A stretch of 64,000 nucleotides of DNA, taken from the NCBI GenBank assembly GCA_016182045.1, contig JACOYE010000007.1:98121-162120 (forward strand), in the 5' to 3' direction. The notes below the pieces were generated by a model. That model did no database searches. It saw only the letters and a list, made by a program, of their open reading frames with translations, and was not told the DNA's origin. The DNA is from Candidatus Microgenomates bacterium (GTDB taxonomy: Bacteria > Patescibacteriota > Microgenomatia > Daviesbacterales > UBA10151). Positions 54,076 through 61,153 of the stretch are shown here, piece by piece (the stretch's first letter is position 1; every line of letters starts with the position of its first letter). The position numbers and the translations under genes were made by a program.

Positions 54076-55392
54076 TTAAGCAGCCAACCTGCCTCTTATT
54101 TCTGATAACATTCTTTGTATCTCCCGGTCAGTGCTTACTAAATTCTTAATTTTATCTCTGCCGTGCATAACTGTGGTGTGATCTCTTTTACCTAAAATTT
54201 GTCCAATTTTTTCCACAGTTATATTAAGGTGTTCACTTAGAATAAACATGGCCATATGCCTGGGGAAAACCAGCTCTTTTTGTCTTTTTGCTCCAATTAG
54301 ATCTTTTTGAGTTAAGTTAAAATAATCACAAACTGCCTCCAGCACCTGCTTTGGTTCAATTTTTAATCCCTGCCGGGTAGGTATTTTAAGGTGTTGACTA
54401 ATATTTGCTGTGGTGGGAAGTAAATTTTGAGCTTTCAAAAGCTGCAGGATTCCCATCAACCTTCCCTCAAGCTCTCTGATATTGGTTTCAAAAGATGAGG
54501 CCAACATCTGCAAAGCCGCCTCCTCTAAAACTACCCGTTGCTCTTCGCACTTGGCTCTTAAGATGGCCATCCTGGTGTCGAAATCAGGGGCTTGGATGTC
54601 AATCATTAAGCCGCCGGCAAAGCGCGATTTTAACCTGTCCTCCAGTTTGGCAATTTCATGAGGGGATCTGTCTGAAGTAATCACAATCTGGGAATTCTTA
54701 CCAAGCAGCTCATTAAAAGTATGGAAAAACTCCTCTTGGGTTCCCTCCCTGCCTGAAAAAAACTGGATATCATCTATTAGTAAAACTTGGGGGGAGCGGT
54801 ATTTGGTTCTTAAATCTCCCATCCGGTTAGTTTTGATGGCCTCAACATAATCATTCAAAAACTTCTCAGATGGGCTATAAATGATTTTAGTTTGTGGTTT
54901 TTTATTTAAGATGGCATTGCCGATGCCTATCATCAGATGGGTTTTGCCCACCCCTGTTCCTCCGTAGATAAATAGAGGGTTATATGAGATACCTGGGTTT
55001 TGGGTCACTGATTGGGCTGCGGCATAAGCCACATTATTGGTTGGTCCCACCACAAAATTTGCTAAAGTATATTTGGGGTTAAGATACGATGTTTGAGTTT
55101 GAAAAGGTTGAAAAAATTCTTCATCTTTTTCCTGTGTTTCAATGTCATTTTCTTTGATAACAAATAAAACATTAATCTTTTTTTCCAGGATCTTAGTTAA
55201 AACTTCCTCGATTAAAGATTTGTATTTTTTATTTAAAGTTTCTTTGATAAAAGCTGAAGAAGTGCTCAAAGTCACATTTTCACCGTCAATAGACTTCAAA
55301 AGGGTTTTTAAAAAGTAAGCCTTAAGGTTATCAGGTCCTACCGCTGGTTTAATCAGTTGTAATAATTTGTGCCAAACTCTCAAGTTGTCCAT
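54076..55392 (-). CDS. dnaA: chromosomal replication initiator DnaA
   Basis: Walker A GGTGVGKTHLM, LLIDDIQF, C-terminal DNA-binding domain DHTTVMHGRDKI. Confidence 0.9.
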   Translation of the reverse strand: MDNLRVWHKLLQLIKPAVGPDNLKAYFLKTLLKSIDGENVTLSTSSAFIKETLNKKYKSLIEEVLTKILEKKINVLFVIKENDIETQEKDEEFFQPFQTQTSYLNPKYTLANFVVGPTNNVAYAAAQSVTQNPGISYNPLFIYGGTGVGKTHLMIGIGNAILNKKPQTKIIYSPSEKFLNDYVEAIKTNRMGDLRTKYRSPQVLLIDDIQFFSGREGTQEEFFHTFNELLGKNSQIVITSDRSPHEIAKLEDRLKSRFAGGLMIDIQAPDFDTRMAILRAKCEEQRVVLEEAALQMLASSFETNIRELEGRLMGILQLLKAQNLLPTTANISQHLKIPTRQGLKIEPKQVLEAVCDYFNLTQKDLIGAKRQKELVFPRHMAMFILSEHLNITVEKIGQILGKRDHTTVMHGRDKIKNLVSTDREIQRMLSEIRGRLAA

Positions 55393-55413
55393 GGTTAGAT
55401 TAAGCTATTCACA

Positions 55414-55444
55414 AGTGTGGAAAACTTTCTTGATTTTATCCACA
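55414..55444. promoter_or_regulatory. DnaA boxes upstream of dnaA (TGTGGAAAA at 55414-55422; perfect TTATCCACA at 55436-55444)
   Basis: seen directly. Confidence 0.6.
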
Positions 55445-55477
55445 ATTTAATCCAGCAGGGGATTCTTTAGCAAGATG

Positions 55478-55521
55478 GAGGAACTATTAAAAACTAGATC
55501 AAAATTTTTGTCGTTGCAAGG
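55478..55521. repeat. 45-bp direct repeat DR-left (GGAACTATTAAAAACTAGATCAAAATTTTTGTCGTTGCAAGG)
   Basis: near-identical copy at 56032-56076. Confidence 0.65.
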
Positions 55522-55562
55522 ATTCCCTTTACATATTGCAGCTGGTGGTGTAATATAAAAAT

Positions 55563-55754
55563 ATGAACAAGATTAAAAATCCGATGGTGAATTATGAGAA
55601 TAAATGGGTTGCCTTATCTTCGGACAAAAAAAAGGTTGTAGCAGCTGGGAGTTCAATCAAGCAATTAGAGAAAAAGCTCAAAGGATTCAAGAAAGAAGAA
55701 GTAATACTTACTTTTGTTCCCCCTTTTGATAAAGTGCTATCGCTTCAATGTTAA
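55563..55754 (+). CDS. small protein, DUF5678-like (hypothetical)
   Basis: NKWVALSSDKKKVVAAGSSIKQLEKKL...EEVILTFVP. Confidence 0.35.
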   Translation: MNKIKNPMVNYENKWVALSSDKKKVVAAGSSIKQLEKKLKGFKKEEVILTFVPPFDKVLSLQC

Positions 55755-56014
55755 ATAGTAAGGTTTTAACTTACGATTATTTAAGGTTTCTTGAGAAGGA
55801 TGAGAAAACTCAGGAATTTACCAGAGAAATATTTGCACCGTTTATCTCCGTAAGAATTTCCTTTGACCATAAGCTAAGTTTCCCTTTTCATGCACTCGTT
55901 GATTCCGGCGCCGCAAGAAATTTACTGCCTGCGGCTTTAGGGGAACAAATCCAAAGAGTTATTTTTGATGAAAACTTCCACCAAGTGCAACTAATTCTTA
56001 AAAGTGAAAGCTAA
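55748..56014 (+). CDS. retropepsin-like aspartic peptidase fragment (clan AA, DSGA motif)
   Basis: HALVDSGAARNLLP = D-S-G-A active-site signature; 88 aa, short for a full domain. Confidence 0.45.
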   Translation: MLNSKVLTYDYLRFLEKDEKTQEFTREIFAPFISVRISFDHKLSFPFHALVDSGAARNLLPAALGEQIQRVIFDENFHQVQLILKSES

Positions 56015-56031
56015 TTAAAGCTAATTAAGGA

Positions 56032-56076
56032 ACTGTTAAAAACTAGATCAAGTTTTTTTGTCATTGCGAGGTATTG
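56032..56076. repeat. 45-bp direct repeat DR-right (GGAACTGTTAAAAACTAGATCAAGTTTTTTTGTCATTGCGAGG)
   Basis: pairs with 55478-55521; also contains the S-family core TTTGTCATTGCGAGG. Confidence 0.65.
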
Positions 56077-56108
56077 TATCGATGAGTTAAATTTAGTAAA
56101 CTACCCTC

Positions 56109-56246
56109 ATGCCAAAGAGAACTTATCAGCCCAAGAAATTAAAAAGAGTCAGAAAGCATGGTTTTAGAAAAAGGATGGCTACTCATGATGGAGCTAAGGT
56201 ATTAAAAAGAAGAAGGATCAGGGGTAGAAAAAGGTTGACGGTATAA
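56109..56246 (+). CDS. rpmH: 50S ribosomal protein L34
   Basis: hand-translated [45 protein letters not shown]; not in ORF track (45 aa). Confidence 0.9.
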   Translation: MPKRTYQPKKLKRVRKHGFRKRMATHDGAKVLKRRRIRGRKRLTV

Positions 56247-56584
56247 TGCTATCCAAAGAAAAACGACTTAATCTTAAAATAGACTTTAAATGGGTGGCTT
56301 CTGGTAGAAAACTGGAAACTAAATACTTAAAACTTTTTGTAAAGTCTGGGGATAATAGAACACCTCGGGTTGGTATAGCTTTGGGGAGTAAATCATTTAA
56401 AAAGGCCACCCAAAGAAATAGGGCCAAAAGAGTAGCTTCAGCTGCTTTCGGGATGCTCTATAAAAAGCTCCCGCCTAATGCTAATATAATAGCTCTTCCC
56501 AAAACTGGTGTACTTGAGGTAAAATCATCTGATGTGCTATTGGATTTGGAGAAGACATTAAAGCATGAAAAATTTATTGATTAA
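56246..56584 (+). CDS. rnpA: RNase P protein component RnpA
   Basis: 112 aa basic protein directly after rpmH (TAATG overlap); RnpA-like KRLNLKIDFK...RNRAKR. Confidence 0.85.
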   Translation: MLSKEKRLNLKIDFKWVASGRKLETKYLKLFVKSGDNRTPRVGIALGSKSFKKATQRNRAKRVASAAFGMLYKKLPPNANIIALPKTGVLEVKSSDVLLDLEKTLKHEKFID

Positions 56585-56765
56585 TTTAATTAATTTTTAC
56601 CAGACATATTTATCCTTTGACCGAGGCGTGTTATCCATTTTTGCCCCAGGCGGAGCATGTAAATATCCCATGTCTTGTTCTGAATATAGTAAACAAGCAA
56701 TCATCAAATATGGCCTCATCCGTGGCGGATGGATGGGCTTAACAAGAATCTGGAGCTGCAGATGA
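56565..56765 (+). CDS. yidD: membrane protein insertion efficiency factor YidD
   Basis: CKYPMSCSEY motif (cf. C-x-F-x-PSCS-x-Y). Confidence 0.8.
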   Translation: MKNLLINLINFYQTYLSFDRGVLSIFAPGGACKYPMSCSEYSKQAIIKYGLIRGGWMGLTRIWSCR

Positions 56766-57607
56766 GCGGAATAGGTGACATTTTTAATTTAGTTTTCTTT
56801 GGTCCGGTAATTAATCTGTTAGTTTTAATATTCCAAGGATTACAAGCAATTCACATTCCAGGGGCTTTAGGTTTTTCCATAATAATCTTGACTGTTTTAA
56901 TCAGGCTTTTGGTTTGGCCATTTATGGCTAGTCAGATTAAAGCTACCAAAAAAATGGCTGATTTAAAACCACATTTAGATGTCCTTAAACAAAAGCATAA
57001 GGATGACAAGCAGGCATTTGCTCAGGCCCAGATGGCACTTTATAAAGAACATGGAGTAAATCCTGCCGGAGGCTGTTTACCGGCCTTAATTCAGATCCCA
57101 GTTTTTATCGCACTTTATCAATCGATCATTAATATTTTACCTGGAGCTGGAGGGCATATAGACAAGATAAACTCTCTTTTGTACTTTCCGCAGCTTAAGT
57201 TACCTTCTACCTTGGACCCAAGTTTCTTAGGTCTTAATTTAGGCATTAAACCTGCTGAGTTTACATCTCACGGGGTGTTTCTTCTGTTAATACCAACTAT
57301 CACAGCAGGATTAACTTTTGTTCAATCTAAAATGACTTTGCCAAAACCGATTAAGCATCACCTGGGTGAACCTCCTAAGGAGACAAAAGAAAAAGAAGGC
57401 ATGGAAGAAAGTATGGGCCAAGTCCAATCTCAAATGGTTTATCTTATGCCAATAATGATTGGCTATTTTGCTTTTACCTTCCCAATTGGACTTGCAATTT
57501 ATTGGAATGTCTATACAATACTGGGGATAGTTCAGCAATATAGGGTTGCAGGCTGGGGAGGGATGGCTGGTATGGCGGGAAAGTTCGGAATAAAGACTGT
57601 AAAATAG
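56729..57607 (+). CDS. yidC: membrane protein insertase YidC (short Gram-positive/CPR type)
   Basis: 5 TM helices, conserved position after rnpA-yidD. Confidence 0.85.
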   Translation: MDGLNKNLELQMSGIGDIFNLVFFGPVINLLVLIFQGLQAIHIPGALGFSIIILTVLIRLLVWPFMASQIKATKKMADLKPHLDVLKQKHKDDKQAFAQAQMALYKEHGVNPAGGCLPALIQIPVFIALYQSIINILPGAGGHIDKINSLLYFPQLKLPSTLDPSFLGLNLGIKPAEFTSHGVFLLLIPTITAGLTFVQSKMTLPKPIKHHLGEPPKETKEKEGMEESMGQVQSQMVYLMPIMIGYFAFTFPIGLAIYWNVYTILGIVQQYRVAGWGGMAGMAGKFGIKTVK

Positions 57608-57616
57608 GTAATGAAT

Positions 57617-57693
57617 ATTCCGACCGAGATCCCTCGACTCGCTTCGCTCGCTCGGGATGACAAAATGCGTTGGGAGATTATACGCATTTTGTC
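57617..57693. repeat. S-family repeat copy B (ATTCCGACCGAGATCCCTCGACTC...GCTCGGGATGACAAAAT) plus 11-bp-stem hairpin GACAAAATGCG/CGCATTTTGTC
   Basis: seen directly between yidC and jag. Confidence 0.55.
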
Positions 57694-58193
57694 AAATGGA
57701 GACACAAACTATGGAAAATCAGCTAAGTGAAGTACTAGACAATCTATTGGGACTGCTTCTTTTGGAAGGAAGCTATGAGATTGAGGAAAAAGATGAAGCC
57801 TTTTTAGTCTCTGTGGAAACCAAAGATGCAGGAAGATTGATTGGTTTTAGGGGGGAATCATTAGAGGCTCTACAATTAATTGTCAATCAAATCATATCTC
57901 AAAAGATGAGAAAGGAAGAAGAGTTTAAAAGAGTAATTTTGGATGTTGAGGGATGGAGGAAAAAGAAAGAGGAGGAGCTTTCTCAAAGAGCTGAGAGTTG
58001 GGGTAAACAGGTTTTGGAAACAGGCCAGGCTTTGGAGCTTGAACCAATGTCTTCCTGGCAAAGAAGGATTGTACATACAACTATTGGCGAAATGGAAGGT
58101 GTGGAGAGTGAGAGCATTGGTGAAAGTAGGGATAGGCATGTAGTAATAAAACTCAAAACTCAAATGTCAAATGTCAAAACTAAAGAGGATTGA
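57657..58193 (+). CDS. jag: Jag/KhpB-like R3H RNA-binding protein
   Basis: KH-like + R3H C-terminus (WQRRIVHTTIGEMEGVESESIGE); true start probably METQTMENQ. Confidence 0.8.
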   Translation: MTKCVGRLYAFCQMETQTMENQLSEVLDNLLGLLLLEGSYEIEEKDEAFLVSVETKDAGRLIGFRGESLEALQLIVNQIISQKMRKEEEFKRVILDVEGWRKKKEEELSQRAESWGKQVLETGQALELEPMSSWQRRIVHTTIGEMEGVESESIGESRDRHVVIKLKTQMSNVKTKED

Positions 58194-59364
58194 GAATGTT
58201 CTTCTGTTTTTGACCCTGCTCTTTTTACCTACTCAACTTGGTAAACATTTTTGGCCTGAGTTTAGTTTTATCTATTCCCTGCCGGTGGATTATCTTGCTC
58301 CCACCATTTATTTCTGGGATTTGTTGGTAGTCAGTCTAGTAACAGTTTGGATATTAAGAAGGCCTAAGATAAATTGGTTGGCGTTCAACTTACTAATGAT
58401 ATTTTTGCTAATACAGGCTGTGTCCTTAGTGGGGACAGTCAATATTGGCGCAGGTTTGGTGCGGCTGGAACAGTATACGCTAGCAGGACTTTTTGGAATA
58501 TATTTAGCTAGCTCAAAACTCAAAACAAATAATCTGCCCTATTTTCCTCTGATGCTGGCTGTTTTATTTGAGTCTGTTTTGGCAATTGCCCAATTCTTAA
58601 AAGGAGGAACTTTGGGGCTTTGGATTTTGGGGGAAAGAACTTTTTCCATCTCTACCCCTGCTATTGCCAAATTTGATTTTCAAGGCATTCAATTTTTAAG
58701 GCCTTATGCAACCTTCCCCCACCCAAATGTCTTGGCAGCTTTTATGTTAGTAGTAAGTCTTTTAATAGGCAAGAGAATGGTTGGATTCTTAGCAGGATTG
58801 ACTACTTTGCTTACTTTTTCCAGGGCTGCTATTTTGGCAGGAGCAGTAGCTGCTTTTGTGCTACTTAATAGAAAGGGAAGAGTAGTTCTGATGGTTGTAA
58901 TTATCATTTTATCACCCATTTTATATACCAGATTTTCCTCTGTCTTTAATTTTGATAATTTGGCTATTTTACGAAGAGAAGAACTGACCCAGACAGCTTT
59001 TAAAATGTTTTTGTCTTCCCCAATTTTTGGAGTGGGTTTAAATAACTTTATTCCCAAGGCCTCTGATCAGTTACTTGTGGGACCAAGCAGGTTTTTACAA
59101 CCAGTCCACAACATCATTCTTTTAAGCTTGTCTGAAACTGGAATTGTGGGTTTGGCAGCTTTTTTAAGTCTTATTGGATACCCTATTTATAGACTCTTAA
59201 AACTAAACCTTAAACCCTATCCCCTAAGCCCTCTCTTACTAGCTTGGGGAATAATAATTTTCCTGGGAATGTTTGACCATTACTTTTTAACCTTACCCCA
59301 AGGTTATAGACTGCTTTTTCTAGTATGGGGGTTGTCTCTATCCATGCTAGAATGGAAGAAATGA
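58171..59364 (+). CDS. O-antigen ligase/Wzy-like polytopic membrane protein
   Basis: ~10 TM helices with large loop; family assignment tentative. Confidence 0.45.
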   Translation: MSKLKRIENVLLFLTLLFLPTQLGKHFWPEFSFIYSLPVDYLAPTIYFWDLLVVSLVTVWILRRPKINWLAFNLLMIFLLIQAVSLVGTVNIGAGLVRLEQYTLAGLFGIYLASSKLKTNNLPYFPLMLAVLFESVLAIAQFLKGGTLGLWILGERTFSISTPAIAKFDFQGIQFLRPYATFPHPNVLAAFMLVVSLLIGKRMVGFLAGLTTLLTFSRAAILAGAVAAFVLLNRKGRVVLMVVIIILSPILYTRFSSVFNFDNLAILRREELTQTAFKMFLSSPIFGVGLNNFIPKASDQLLVGPSRFLQPVHNIILLSLSETGIVGLAAFLSLIGYPIYRLLKLNLKPYPLSPLLLAWGIIIFLGMFDHYFLTLPQGYRLLFLVWGLSLSMLEWKK

Positions 59365-60569
59365 GACAGCTTCTAAAAATTTCCCAGCAGACTGGCTGGC
59401 AAGTACTTGGTAAAATTATCACCTCTGTTTCTACATTTATCATCTTAGGAGTGGTAACCAGAAACTATGGAGAGGAAGGAACTGGGGTTTTTACACTAGC
59501 TCTCACCTATTTGGCCATTCTTTATTTACTGTCTGATTTTGGATTTAATGCACATGTGCTTCGCAAATTTTCAATTTTCAATTTTCAATTTTCAATTGAA
59601 TGGAGGAAATTATTGGGGACGCGAATCATATGGTCAGTAATACTGGTAGTTCTAGCTGTGGGACTGCTTCCCTTTTGGCCATTTGCCACTAAAGAGTTTT
59701 CTCAGGCAATCATGATTGGCAGTCTGGCCATTGTTGGATCCGGAGTATTTGTAACCTGTAATTTAATTTTTCAATCCAAATTAAGATATGATCTGTCGGT
59801 TTTGGCATCAAGTACGGGAACAATCATCAGCTTGGTAGTATTTGTTTACCTGATCTGGCTTAAATACCCCATCCCCTTTTTGATGCTGGCTCACCTTTTG
59901 GGCTGGACGATAATTGCCATGGTGGCGTTTGTTCTGATCAGAAAGATTGGGCAAGTTGTCTTCCCGATTTACGATAAACAATATACCATTAACTTATTCA
60001 AAACCTCATGGCCGATTGCTGCAACCTTGGCTTTAAATGTGGTTTATTTTAGGGCAGATTCTTTTATGATTTCCTATTTTAGATCAAATGCTGAAGTTGG
60101 CATCTATAATGTGGCCTACTCTGTTTTTCAGACAGCTTTAGTTTTACCTACATTTATAATGAATGCTTACTATCCTATGATGTTAAAATCTTTTAAAGGC
60201 ATCAAGATAGTGGCACTGGGACTTTTGGTGATAGCCTCTGGGAGCACTTTACTCGTCCTCATTTTAGCCCCATTTATCAGCAAGCTTTTAACAGGAGGCG
60301 GATTTTTAGGAACAAGTCTTAGCCTGCAAATTTTGTCTTTAGGCTTTCCTGCCTATTTTTTATCTGCTCTTTTGATGTGGATAATGGTCACTCAAGGTAG
60401 ATATAAAATAATGCTGATAATTTATGCTGTAGGGCTGGTTGTCAATTTGGTGTTGAACTTGATCTATATACCACAGTACTCTTTTGTGGCTGCTTCTTGG
60501 ATTACGGTAATTTCCGAATACGTCATATTGATGTTGCAGGGTGTGGTATTATGGTTCGAACGCAGATGA
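59325..60569 (+). CDS. polysaccharide/oligosaccharide flippase (Wzx/MOP-type) membrane protein
   Basis: 12-14 TM helices, typical flippase length. Confidence 0.45.
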   Translation: MGVVSIHARMEEMRQLLKISQQTGWQVLGKIITSVSTFIILGVVTRNYGEEGTGVFTLALTYLAILYLLSDFGFNAHVLRKFSIFNFQFSIEWRKLLGTRIIWSVILVVLAVGLLPFWPFATKEFSQAIMIGSLAIVGSGVFVTCNLIFQSKLRYDLSVLASSTGTIISLVVFVYLIWLKYPIPFLMLAHLLGWTIIAMVAFVLIRKIGQVVFPIYDKQYTINLFKTSWPIAATLALNVVYFRADSFMISYFRSNAEVGIYNVAYSVFQTALVLPTFIMNAYYPMMLKSFKGIKIVALGLLVIASGSTLLVLILAPFISKLLTGGGFLGTSLSLQILSLGFPAYFLSALLMWIMVTQGRYKIMLIIYAVGLVVNLVLNLIYIPQYSFVAASWITVISEYVILMLQGVVLWFERR

Positions 60570-60991
60570 AGCTGATTATTTATACAGATGGAGCCTCCCG
60601 CGGTAATCCAGGTCCTGCCGCTTATGGGTTTACTATTCAAGACGAAAATGGAAAGCTTTTGTATGAGGAGGGTAAATATATTGGTGTAACCACCAATAAT
60701 GTGGCGGAATATACTGCGGTTTTGGAAGTTCTAAAGCATGTCACCAAGCATGCCAGGGAGAAGTTTGCTCAGGAAAAACTACAAGTAGAACTTTATGCTG
60801 ACTCCAAGCTGGTGGCTGAGCAATTATCCGGCAGGTATAAGATTAAAGCCAAGCATTTAAAGCCAATTATCGAACAGATTCAGAAATTGGCAATTGAGGT
60901 GGGTGGAATCATCTTTAGCCATGTTCCACGCTCCCAAAATACTCAAGCTGATAGACTTGCCAATCAAGCCCTGGATAATAAATTACGTTAA
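60566..60991 (+). CDS. rnhA: ribonuclease H (RnhA type)
   Basis: MKLIIYTDGASRGNPGPAAYG...; ORF track start 60497 includes upstream read-through, likely start at 60566. Confidence 0.85.
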   Translation: MKLIIYTDGASRGNPGPAAYGFTIQDENGKLLYEEGKYIGVTTNNVAEYTAVLEVLKHVTKHAREKFAQEKLQVELYADSKLVAEQLSGRYKIKAKHLKPIIEQIQKLAIEVGGIIFSHVPRSQNTQADRLANQALDNKLR

Positions 60992-61078
60992 ATTCCTACC
61001 GAGATACTTCGACTCTGGTTCGACTACTTCGATTACACTCAGTACAGGTTCGCTCACCATCGCTCAGGATGACAAAAT
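60992..61078. repeat. S-family repeat copy C (ATTCCTACCGAGATACTTCGACTC...CGCTCAGGATGACAAAAT)
   Basis: begins directly after the rnhA stop. Confidence 0.55.
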
Positions 61079-61153
61079 AATTTGACAATTTTAATATACT
61101 TTGTCACCTTTCCTCTCTCTTGCAATTGCTAATGCAGATGTTAGGATTTACCC

